Below, piece after piece: positions 49,771 through 64,000 of a stretch of 64,000 bases of DNA; the first letter of the stretch is position 1; each line of letters opens with the position of its first letter. The notes beneath the pieces are model-generated. The model saw only the letters and a program-made list of their open reading frames with translations. It made no database searches and had not been told where the DNA came from. A program made the translations under genes and the position numbers. This DNA comes from the human T2T-CHM13v2.0 reference genome, Homo sapiens. The DNA lies in the NCBI RefSeq assembly GCF_009914755.1, contig NC_060927.1. One strand, written 5' to 3'.

Positions 49771-51624
49771 TGATCCACCCGCCTCAGCCTCCCAAAGTGC
49801 TGGGATTTACAGGCGTGAGCCTGGCCTAGGGCCTGGAGTTCTAATCCTTATTTCTTAATTAAACTGTGGCTGTTTTACCAGGTAAACAAGCCTCCTTCCC
49901 CTTCCACTTTTTTTGTCCGGTGGGGTAAGAGTTGGGTGCATTGGCTATGGATTCTTAACTTTTTTGTCAAGAACCCCTTTAAGAATCTGACCTGTGTACT
50001 TTCTCTCCAGAAAGAACTGCACGCTCAAAATTTTGCACACTAATTGAGGGGTTGCCAGGCCCTGAGATTGTCACAAGTTGTGCACACAAATTGAAGGTAG
50101 CTCCTGTCTAGCTCCTAAGATTGTGTGGCTCAAAGCGTTCTTGGGGTATGTCTTCAGTGTCTTTCAAAGCAAGATAGTCATCTGTTAATTATGTATTGCC
50201 AAAAATGAAACAAAACCCCACGCATCTGGATGGTTTCAGAATTTAGGCCCTGTGGCATGGAGGTTCGTTGTCTTCCAGTCTCCCTCCGTTCCGTGCCTCT
50301 TTTCCAAAGGCAGGTAGTGGGACAGAAAGGTGTTGAGGCATCTGAGTTTAAAATACTAATCCTGTGGCAAATCTAGGGTTTTCTATAGGAGGATGTGGTG
50401 GTTAGCGGGTGAAGTTTGCATTGCTAATTGGGAATACAGATTTTTTTTTGTGTGCAATTCTCTAAAAGCAAGCATTAGGGAGGGTGAAAAGCTAAGAGGA
50501 AATTGTTTCCCAAAGGATTTTTGCAAAAGGCATTTCCCTTCCCCCTCCTCTTGTGTTTGACCTATTTATGTACTTTCAGAGTGTTGATGTCATAGTATTT
50601 CAAAGGGATATTGTATGTCTTGACTGGTAACTGCTTTTAAATAGGCCCAAAATACTCCGTCCTCCATTAATGATCAGCATGGCTCCCTCCAGGAATGGAA
50701 ATTGTCAGATTGTCATAGAATGTTTTAGTCATCCTGATGACTAGAGTCATTCTCTCTCCTGCTTAATTCTCGACCTTCTTTTGCAACCACTGGAACATAA
50801 CAGCAAATAAAAATAACCTTTAAGGAAGACTAGCTTGTGTAGATGAACATTCTTTGAATTTTAAGCTGAAATACTGAGTGCAGGATGGAGAGAACGCTGC
50901 TAAGCAGGGTATCTTGACCGGCTTGTTAGTGAGGGTTTTGTAGGGGGGACCATTCGCTGCCCTATCCGCCTGTTTCTCTTGTGGGATTAATCATTTCCTT
51001 TTGACCTTGTGCTCTGCCCCTAACATGTTGCATTGATCAGATCCCGAAATCTCAAGTCATTCTCCACCCCCACCACCCACCTCATTCTAATGAGACATCC
51101 TGAGGTGCAGGTTGGGGAGGGGTTTAAATAGAAAAGGTGTTCTCTATCAAAATACACAAAATGAAAAACAAATTATTATTTTTCAAAACAAGCCTCTCCA
51201 CTTTCCTGTTTTGTTTTCTTATGGTTCTGTCAAGCTTTTTAGAAAGCTCCGCTTTCTCACTGTGACTATGGAAATGTTACTGGTTCAGCTTACACATTTT
51301 AAAACCTTGTGTTTCTCGGGCTGTGGGGAAAAAAGTTTGTTCTTTTTGATAAGCCTTACGTCTCAATTTCCTCCTCACTCTCACTTTTTAGAAAATTTCT
51401 TAAGTAGATGGTGAAATTTGAATTTCAGGCTACAATTAGTAAAAGAACTGAATACAGTTGGTAATAGAGTGGAATACAATGAACAAATGGCCAAGCCAAT
51501 GAGGAGGATAAGGAGAATATGCAGAATTCACTGATTGGTATATTTCTCTCCTTAACTGAATCCACCCAGCTAAGTTCTTTGAAGACTTAGCGTTGTCCTC
51601 CTCACCTTTAATTAATGAAAGTGA

Positions 51625-51873
<249 letters not shown>

Positions 51874-53261
51874 TAACTCCTAATCTCAGGTGGTCTGCCT
51901 GCCTTGGCCTCCCAAAGTGCTGGGTTTACAGGTTTGAGCCACCACGCCCTGCCTGAACTGGCAACTTTGAAAGGGTTGGGGCAGTTCTACTGTGTGACAT
52001 TAATCTTGGGAAACTTAATTATTTCAAACTTAAATTTCAGGTGGCAAAACAGGTCTGAAGAGTATCAAAATTGCAAAAGAGAGAAAGGAAAGCTGATGTT
52101 ATCACTTAGGCATAGCAACAGCTTTCTTTTGTGGGGTAGGCAGGAAAGGAATTTTCTGTTCACTTCCCACTTGGGAACAACTATTCAGGAGAGAGAAGTA
52201 CCCAAAACCCTCTGGAGCGTGCCCGAGGGGTCCTGTGGGAACAAAGGCTCTATATTGGACCTGCTGCCAGCTTGGACCAGGCTGTTTTATGGTCGGTCCT
52301 CGGCCTTGGACCAAACTGGTCACAGATTCCCTGGGGGGTAGCCTTTTGGATTGTGGGGCCATGAATGAAATTGGGGACAGGGACAGTGTCACGGCCTAAA
52401 CTGGAGCGCCGGAGGCACATCCTGGAGAAGGACATTGAGGGCTGTGTTCCTTTCTCTGACCAGAGGGAGGGTGGGGGTTGGGAGGCAGATAAATAGGTTT
52501 CTCCAGCTTCTCCATATGTCCACTACTGGGTTTATGCCTGAGGGTGTTGTGTAGAAATTTGAAGTATTGGGAAGCAAAACAGTGGTTCAAACAAATGCAG
52601 TGATAGGAGAGTGGGGCTCTCAGATGTGAGAACTTAGAAACGGACCCAAAGCAAGACAAGAGCATTTTGCCAGAGAGGTCTTCTTGTGCTAGGCTCATTT
52701 TAGGGAGCTATGGGAATGTGCTATTAAAGTCAGGCTTGTTAAACCCAGCAGGCATTTATTCTTGACCTGTAGGGGATAGGGAGCCATTGAGGGTTCTTGA
52801 GTTTGGAAGTAATGAAAAAAAGAAAGCAGCTGAATTTAGCAGTGGTTGATGGCACACAGGTAGAATTGCCTCTGCCTGAGGATTACAGAACTCTAACTGG
52901 GTAGAGGAAGGTTTATATTTGTATACTGTCTTTTAAAAAAAAAAAAAAACAAAAACAAACTTTATCTGGTATTTAGTATAAGCAATAATGAAACATGTAG
53001 CTTTGTCTTGGAAAATATTTTAGGAACACGAAGAGAATAGCAAAAGGTATTTGCAATTAAATTCTAAGTAGCTACACAAACACACCCCAGTTTGGTGTGA
53101 ATAAAAAGTATGAAATTTTGTTCTGTGACATGCAAACACTTGACAGGGACCCCCTTACTATAGATTTGGTTACCAAGGAATACTTGTATCCATTTTTCTT
53201 CTTTTTCACAAATAGTAAATATATGTATACATTACTGTCTTCTGTATTTTTTCCATAATAA

Positions 53262-53525
<264 letters not shown>

Positions 53526-55069
53526 TGATCCGCCCACCTGAGCCTCCCAAAGTGCTGGGATTACAGGCATGAGCCACCACACCCGGCCAGAATATCTCAT
53601 TCTTTTTAATGGTTGCCCTGGAATCAATTTATTTAACCATTATTAACTAGTACTCTATTAATGGACATTTAGTTTGCTTCCAGTCTCATGTGGTGCTATA
53701 AATCACCTATTTTTAAGGAAGTGCTTCATTCCTGCCTGGATGAACATCTAAAGATTGTCTTGTAGCTTGCAAGTGTTTTTACTAGAGAAGGGACACCCTT
53801 TTTCCTGAGGAGAAATGGAAGTTAAAAGTTTGTGCTGAGATAGCCCGTGGTAAGTTTGTCAAGTCTGGAGTTTGGTTTTGTCAAAAGTTTGTGGGAGGCC
53901 TGGTGCGGTGGCTCACGCCTGTGATCCCAGCACTTTGGGAGGCCAAGGCAGGCAGATCACTTGAGGCCAGGAGTTTAAGAGCAGTCTGACCAACAGAGTG
54001 AAACCCTATCTCGACTAAAAATACAAAAATTAGCCAGGCATGGCGTGTGCCTGTAGACCCAGCTACTCAGGAGGCTGAGGCAGGAGAATCATTTGAACTC
54101 AAGAGGCGGGGGTTGCAATGAGCTGAGACCACGCCACTGCACTCCAGCCTGGGTGACAGAGCGAGACTCCCATCTCAAAAAAAAAAAAAGGAAAGAAAAG
54201 TCTTGGTGTTGGCCCCTTTGGGCGATCTTGGCTCACAGCAACCTCTGCCTCCTGGGTTCAAGTAATTCTCATGCCTGAGCCTCCCAAGTATCTGGAATGA
54301 CAGGCATGTGCCACCATGCCTGGCTAATTTTTTAAATTTTTTTGTAGAGACTCAGAGGTCTCACTATATTGACCAGGGTGGTCTCAAACTCCTTGACTCA
54401 AGTGGTCTGCTCATCTCGGCTTCCCAAAGTGCTGGGATTACACACGTAAGCCACTGCGTGCCTGGCCTACATTCCCATTTTAATAGTTTTGTTCTCTAGC
54501 ACATTCTTAGAGATAGTTGTTTCTGGAGAGACACCTCATTCATGGACATATACATGTAAAGATGCTTCTGGACATTGCTTAGGCTGTTCAGGCTCTGAGA
54601 GGTTGTGACCAGCTCATGGAAACCTGAGTTTTCCTCTGGTTCTCTGTGGCTACCCACTTGACCAAGGCTCTGGAATGTAATCCATGAATGAGATTTTGAT
54701 GGAATTAGCTGTGTGCAGAACTGGAAGGAACCTTAGTTTGAATATCGTCTTCATTCCCTAGGCCTTACTCAAGGAGGAAACAAGGCATCATCTGGCTAAA
54801 TCTTTCTAGCCCTCAGCTCCAACTCCTCACAAAGTTGTTTTATGTTCTTTAATAGATGAGAATGGTGTTTTGATTATCATTTTCTGGCCACAGTTTGATG
54901 CTGATGGGATACAGTGCTAACCACCCACTTAAATAGAGCTATTGCATAAGCCGTTATTTCCTTCCTTCTGTTTGTTCAAATGGGTATTGAGCATCCATGT
55001 GCCAGACACTTAGATGCTTGGAATGAAGCAGTGAACAAGACGGAAAAGTCAGTTCCAGCCTTCGTTGTA

Positions 55070-55380
55070 CAGTGATCTCCCTTACCCACGGTCAGCCACA
55101 GTTGGAAAAGAGGTGAGTGCAGCACACAGTATTTTGGGAGAGAGAGATACCACATTCATATAACACAGTATGTTGTTACACAATATATTGTTATAATTGT
55201 TCTATTTTAATATTGGTTGTTGTTACTCTTCTTACTGTGCCTAATTTATAAATTACATTTTATCATAAGTATATATGTATAGTGAAAAACATAGTATATA
55301 TAGGGTTTGGTACTATCCGTGCTTTCAGGCATCCACTGGGGGTCTTGGACGTATCCCCCAAGGATAAGAGGGAACTACTG
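55070..55380 (+). mobile_element. MER44A-like (TcMar-Tigger) MITE inserted in an L2 relic
   Basis: Imperfect TIRs cagtgatctcccttacc / ggataagagggaactactg; TA on both sides (55068-69, 55381-82). Confidence 0.8.
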
Positions 55381-56087
55381 TACTTAAATTCAAATGAACG
55401 TGACTAGATACACATTTTCAGGGATTGAAAAGGGCTTTGAGGAAAGTTAAGTCGGGTAAGGGGGTGGAAGTGAGGGGTACCAGTGTTGTGTTTAGTAGTG
55501 GGGAAAGTGTCTAGGGAGGTAGGTATGGGGCCACTGTGGGGTGGGGGAGGGCATGGCTTTCAGGCAGAGGGAATAGCAGGGAGTCCAGGATGGCCCAGCC
55601 AAACGCTGTGGGCACAGTGACCCCCAGGAGTGAAGTGGGGGAGCCTCTGGAGGGTTTTAAAGAGGGGTGTGGCGTGATATGTCTCTGACCTGTCTCTAGC
55701 CCTCCTCTTTTGCTGCTACATGGGGAACACACTAGGGCAGGAAGGAGACAGATCCTCAGCCTGTCGGTTCTCTGGAAAGTATCTGGGAGAAGCAGTGTTC
55801 CCTAGAGGGACATGTCCCAGAATGAAGGTTCATCTTCAGGGATGGTGGTTTTGGGGAGCACAGCAGGAGGGAGACCCTGGCTGAGAGAGAGGAGGAAGGA
55901 TCTCAGAGAGACCCCAGTATAAGCTGACATGTGGTTTAAGTGGTGAGGGAAGGGATGCCCTATGTGGTACACAGGGCTAATGAGCTGCTTCTGTACTGTT
56001 TATAAAACAACCCACAGTTCAGAGGGACAGCATACAGGAGAGATGCCCCAAGATGGGTAGCTGGCCTCTCCTACAGGCACCATCTGA

Positions 56088-56394
<307 letters not shown>

Positions 56395-57628
56395 TAGCCA
56401 GGATGGTCTCGATCTCCTGACCTCGTGATCCGCCTGCCTCGGCCTCCCAAAGTGCTGGGATTACAGGCGTGAGCCACCGCACCTGGCCCTCTAATAGTTT
56501 TCTTTACCTGGAACTTTCACCGCTCCCCTGCCCCCCCATCCCTACTTGCACTTTAAGACTTGACTTCTCCTCCTCCAGGAAGTTCTCTGAGATTACATCT
56601 CAGCTGGCCTTATTCAGTTGTCCCTTCTTTTAGACTGATAACACTTTGAGGGCAAGGACATCATAGTGCCAAGCATGAGGCAATAAGGAAATGTACTGGA
56701 TGTTAAAAATAGGACCTCTGTTGGTGGAAGGTGAAAGGGGTGAAAGGCTGTTTTGACTGGACATGAATAAGAGTGGAGTCACTGGCCTCCTGCAGAGGAA
56801 TTTGGGACATGTAGGGTCAGAGGTCATCATTCAGCATGCTTTCTCCCAATCTTATTTATGAAATCTCTCAACGTTCTTTTCAACGAGCAAACAAAGTAAC
56901 CTGGAGAACCCGGGGCAGGAGTGCCTTCTTGGCTCATTGTCAGTCCTGCCTTGCAAACACTGTGATTTAACTTGCCTTGCCACTTACCAGGCTGGAACCC
57001 TTACGGGCTCATGACCACGCCTTTTCTTTCTGGAACTGCCACGGACATTTTTGGGTTTCATGTACTCTCAGGATGAATTCTCCACCACCACCCCGAGAGG
57101 AAATGTAGTATCCCCATTTATGGGTGAAAACAGCTCAGTGAGCCAGCTTATCCAAAATTGCTGGAGAAGGACCACTCAACATTTGAACCCGGGTTTTCTG
57201 ACTCCACAACACAAGTTGGCCCAAAGTTGTGTCCTGGCCTCCTTCCACGTGGCTGGAACAATCACTAACCTCTGGCCCCTCAAGGTCACCCAACTGCCAT
57301 GTACACACTTCTCTTCAGGAGCTTTCCCTGGGTCCCCTGTTCCCTCTGTTTTACTTCGAATTCTTCCTCTGCACTTTGGTCAGGAATAGCATGCTTCTTT
57401 GCTCAAGCTGTTCCTTTTAACTGGCAGATTTGTAAATCTTCCACCTCAGTCCTCCTGGGTCTGTCCCATTCTCCCTGAGAAGCTATTTCTGATTTACCTG
57501 CTTAGCACAAGGGCATGCTACTGCAGTGTCTCCTAGGCAGTGGCTGAAGTTCTTGTTGGAGTCATTCTGTGCAAAATTTCTAGCCATTTTTAGCAAGCAA
57601 TTTTTTTCTAACTGGCCTCATGTGCAAT

Positions 57629-58365
57629 TAATTCACCCTTGAACAATGTGGGGGGTTAGGGGCGCTGACGCCCTGTACAGTCAAATTTGTGTGTAGACTC
57701 CCCAAAACCTATATAGTATGCTGTTGACTAGAATTCTTACAGATAATATAAAGTCAATTAATACATGTATTATGTATTATTTGTATGTTACATGTATTAT
57801 GTGCTGCTATATTCTTCAATAAAGTAAGATAGAAAAAAATGTTACTAAGAAAATAATAATGGCCAGGTGCAGTGGCTCATGCCTGTAATCCCAGCACTTC
57901 AGGAGGCCGACGCAGGTGGATCACTTGAGGTCAGGAGTTCAAGACCAGCCTGGCCAACATGGCGAAACCGTGTCTGTACTAAAAACACAAAAATTAGCCG
58001 GGTGTGGTAGTGGGTGCCTGTGATCTCAGCTACTCTGGAGGCTGAGGCATGAGAATCGCTTGAACCCAGGAGGCGGAGGCTGCAGCAAGCCGAGATCGCA
58101 CCACTGCACTCTAGCCTGGGTGATAGAGTGAGACTCAGTCTCGGGGTGAGGGGCGGGACACAAAAAGAAGAAGAAAACGTGTTTACTATTTAAGTGGAAG
58201 TAGATCATTATAAAGGTCTTCATCCTCCTTGTCTTTTGAGTAGGCTGAGGAGGAAGAGAGAGAGGAGGGTTTAGTCTTGCTGTCTTAGGGGTGGCAGAGG
58301 TAGAAGAAAATCTATGTATAAGTGGACCCTTGTGTTTCAAACCCGTGTTGTTCAAGGGTCAACTG
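57629..58365 (+). mobile_element. Tigger2a/MER28-like DNA transposon interrupted by an AluS (about 57861-58165)
   Basis: TIRs 'attcacccttgaacaa' / 'ttgttcaagggtcaactg' plus TA; internal 'gaggaggaagagagagaggaggg...gctgtcttaggggtggcagagg'. Confidence 0.8.
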
Positions 58366-59345
58366 TATTTTGGTTAGTTCCTCATTTGTCTTACTGATCC
58401 TCTCTAGCAGGGGTATATTTTCCAAATCAGGCCATGGGTGAGAGTGAAAGGGGTTCTGTTAACAGTTAAGCCTAGACATCGTGAGCAAACCTGCCCAGAC
58501 TGACGGTCGAACAGCTCTGGGAATAGAAGCTTCTCAAGTTGTTTTTTCTTTCAAGGCTTTTAGCACAGTCTTAAATCCGATGTAAATAGTTTAAAAATTA
58601 GCAGTGAACACAGCACACTTGACTATGAGGCCAGGATACTGTGGCCTCATAGTCTCTGAGTCTGAGTACAGACCAACTTTAAGAGCTGTCTCTAAAACAG
58701 ATGGAGTTGGAGGCCCAGGAGGAAGTTCTGGGAGAGCCGGGAGGCCCAGCTGAACAGCCTGAGCCTCCCTGGCCACCTCTTCTTGGGGAAGAGTTTTAGA
58801 TGCAGTGGGATGAGTATTGTGGAAAGACTAAGGAAAGCCACGTAGGGCCTCAGAACAATTTGGGGGAAGGACAGAGCCAAATATTTAGGTTTCTTGTGCC
58901 ATGTGTATCACCTTTTCCTGACTTCAAGTGATAGACAAAGTAAGGGTGACTTTTTCAGGGCCAGATGGAGCAAGACAGGAATTTCAGGACCCAAGTAAAG
59001 ACTAATTTGAGGGCTTAGAAAAGTCTCCTGAAAACTTCGATTATGTAACTGAAACCACCTGATTGTTTCACCAGCTAAGAGCTTGTGAATTTTCTTTTTC
59101 CCACCATAGCAGGTCTGGCTTTTCCCATCTTTGTGAAGTTTACCCTTGTGTATCTGATGGGGTGGATGGTGAGGCTCTGCCCCTCACCACTTTTATAGGG
59201 CAGAAGTGTGGGGTTTCTCCTGGCTTCGTGACCTGCTCAGTCTGGGCAGTGGGTGCCTGTTTCCTGTTTCACAAGTTCTGTCGAACAGCACGCTTGAGCA
59301 TCCAACAAGCTTCATTTGTTGGAATGAGGTAGGATTTCTGATTAA

Positions 59346-59609
<264 letters not shown>

Positions 59610-59929
59610 TAGTAGAGATGGGGTTTCACCATTGGCCAGGCTGGTTCTTGAACTCCTGACTTCAGGTGATCCGCCTGCCTTGGCCTGCCAAAGTGTTGAG
59701 ATTACAGGCGTGAGCCACTGTGCCTGGCCAACTTTGGGGTTCTGGAGAGGGGTTTGATTCCAGTGGTTTTGCATACAGTTTCCCCAAATGTTGGTCTTTC
59801 TTCTGATTGTATCTTATTACCATTTAGTTGACATTTCCCTGCCCGGAATGCCGCTGGCCTGGGTGCCTGGGTTCCCTGGCTTTCCAGGGGTCACTTCACT
59901 TGGTCTTTGCTTACATCCTGCTGTAATGA

Positions 59930-60622
<693 letters not shown>

Positions 60623-60832
60623 TGACCCCTCACACCTTTCTTTAAAAAGGCCTTTAAATTTGAGGTATTTTGCCTTTTATGCCTCATTTCAGTTGCCCTA
60701 CTCTCCTCATTGCTCTACCCAGGACCCTCTAGATTATTGATGGTTGGTAAGAGAAGATCACCATTGCTCTCTACAGTTTGGAGTTTCTCTTGGGGAGGTG
60801 GGACGACTCTTAACCTGCCCAGTAACTGCCTA

Positions 60833-61613
<781 letters not shown>

Positions 61614-63834
61614 TAAATTGTTGGCCAGGCGCGGTGGCTCACGCCTGTAATCCAAACACCTCGGCAGGCCAAGGTGGGAGGAACACTCCGGAGTTCGAGA
61701 CCAGCCTGGGCAACAAAGTGAGTTCCTGTCTCTACAAAAAAATAAAAATCATTTTCTTTATAAGACTAAGCATCCCTCTTTCACCTGCTTTTGCACTGAA
61801 GATGTTTGCTCTGCTCTCGCTCATTTTGCCTTTTACTTACAGAGAAAGATGTCAAGAAAGGCTCTTGTAATTGCTGGAATGTCGGGGGGAAGATGAGGTA
61901 CTGGGAGAGTGTGTCTGGCTTCTCTCTTTAATACTCTCCTTGACAGGTGCAGTTTTGGGGAATGCCATAGAAGAGCCCAGACTTGGGACTTGGAGACAAA
62001 TCTCCGTAATTCACAGACATGCCCCAGCACCCACTCTTCCACACCCCCACACCCCACCTGAGCCTCGGCAATCCCAGTGCAGCACGGGTACTTCTTGGCA
62101 TTCAGAGAATTCACAGAGGCCACGTGTGTGCTATCCACTGCTTCCCAGGATTGGTCACTTCCCAATTTAAAATAATTACTGCCTGTGAACAACTCTGTAT
62201 TAAAACAAAATTTCTATAGTAATATCTTAACTGCTTGATTTTTGGGGGAGGAGGGGAGCAGGTGGGAGGCATTGCCTAGAAAGGTAACTGGCTCTAGGCC
62301 TTATCAACCAATAGGACAGTGTAACCTTGATTCACTAACCCTAATCAAGACAGAAGGCAACTAAGTAATGCAGGGGACAAGGACACAAGATGATGGAACT
62401 TGCAGAGAGGAGGGAAGTGCTCGGTTGTGTTAAAGGTAGAAAATGTGACTAGTAATATTTACTAACAGTTTTTATTACTAGTGTATTCTCATCTGAGTCT
62501 GTATTTCTGCTTCTCTTCTCAGGACAGTTTTACCCAGGTGATGAGTGCCTTCCCTTGCTTTAAAAAATTCTGCCTTTCTACACCATCTCAGCCACATGGG
62601 TGATTGAAACCTACTTGGCTTCTTTAGAAACTGAAAGGGTTTCAGGTGTACACTGTTGCCCGCTGTTTAAGAGGCGAGGACTGAGTTACATGGCCACCTA
62701 CAGAGTCTGACCATTTTTTAAATGTCAGCCCCAAAGTACCACTGACTCTTGTCCATAGCACAACAGATTAAAACCTTGCCTTGCTTTTGCAACCTTGGAG
62801 GCAGCTGGAAAACTTGTGTGTCTACGTCCAAATCTGTCTTTCGTGTCCAGTTTAAAAATATATAATTTACATGGGCAGTGATCTCAGTGTTGGAACAAAT
62901 CTCTTTTATTTGCTGCTGGAAGCTGCATGGGCCACTCATTAATACATCAGAGGTCAGATGCATGCCGGGGCGGCAGCTGGGACACTAATGATTTCATATG
63001 GCTTTGTATGACCGCTGGCCGCCTGTGGTGCTGTAAATCGGGACTCAGGGTTCTAATTTTTTCAAAACCTCCAGGGAGGTTGCCTCTTGCGAGATAGAAC
63101 TTAAGATAATATTTATAGTAGAGGGCAGAGGAAAAATAATACCTAATGGGAACATTGTGGAAAAAATGGTAGCAACCTATTAGAAGTAAATTATGTGGGG
63201 CCATTGGAGTTAACTCATTTATGGGCTCCATGAGTATTTTATTAGGTCCTTAGCTATGAAGAGTGCTGCGCTGTGGCCAAGCTCCAAGCATCACCCCCTC
63301 AACAACTTAGGTTGTCAGTGGAAGGATTCTCCCCTCACTTTTGGGAGGGAGGAGTATTAATTGAACCTTTTTTTTTTTTTTTTTTTTTTTTGGAGCTGGT
63401 CTTGCTGTGTCTGGCTTGAGCCAGGCTGACTGCGGTGGTGCATACATGGCTCACAGCAGCCTCGAACTCTTGGGCTCATCAAGCCATCCTTCTGCCTCAG
63501 CTGTGACTATAGGCATGCCCCACCATGCTTGGTTAATTTTTAATTCTTTTGTAGAGACAGGGTCTTTGTTGGCCGGGCTAAGTGTACATTTTGACTTTTG
63601 ATGATTTATATATACCTGTGTAATCAATCCTCGCATCAAGATATAGATTTTCTCTAATTCCAGAAGGATTCCCTTGGGGTCCCTCTAGTTCACCCTCGTT
63701 CTCACCTGCAACTACTGTTGTTTTCTTCCACGTTGAGTTTTATCTTCATATATTAATAAATGGAGTTATGCAATATATTCTCTTGATTTTAGCTTTTTCA
63801 CCAGTCTTAGTGCCTTTAAGCTTCTTGTATGTAG

Positions 63835-63975
<141 letters not shown>

Positions 63976-64000
63976 TGAGTAGCTGGAACCACAGGTGCCC

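Noticed and set aside
63015-63035. CTCF-like site tggccgcctgtggtgctg
   Set aside because: Several mismatches in the core positions.

Overview
Primate, almost certainly human, genomic DNA. The window covers the upstream intergenic region, CpG-island promoter, first coding exon and about 45 kb of the long first intron of TRIM71 (LIN41), the let-7-regulated TRIM-NHL RING E3 ligase/RNA-binding protein, on the + strand. The only credible protein-coding sequence is TRIM71 exon 1 (ATG 18256 to phase-0 donor after 19107; 284 codons encoding RING, B-box1 and the start of B-box2). Exon 2 is not in the window. The rest is Alu-dense sequence with L1, L2, MIR, MaLR-LTR and Tigger-family relics, and almost all other ORFs in the track are Alu/L1 or GC-rich artefacts. 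I see no convincing new multi-gene system. The best second-look items are a tailless BC200 (BCYRN1) retrocopy in a triple-insertion hotspot, several candidate unproductive or regulatory splicing elements in intron 1, an OCT/SOX/OTX2/ZIC-type motif cluster that looks like an intronic enhancer, and a long stop-free in-frame stretch upstream of the TRIM71 ATG. The splicing candidates are a 13-nt exact copy of the exon-1 donor, a recursive-site/poison-exon motif whose donor was duplicated by an Alu TSD, and a possible 15-nt microexon. Repeat boundaries and subfamily names are by eye and approximate.
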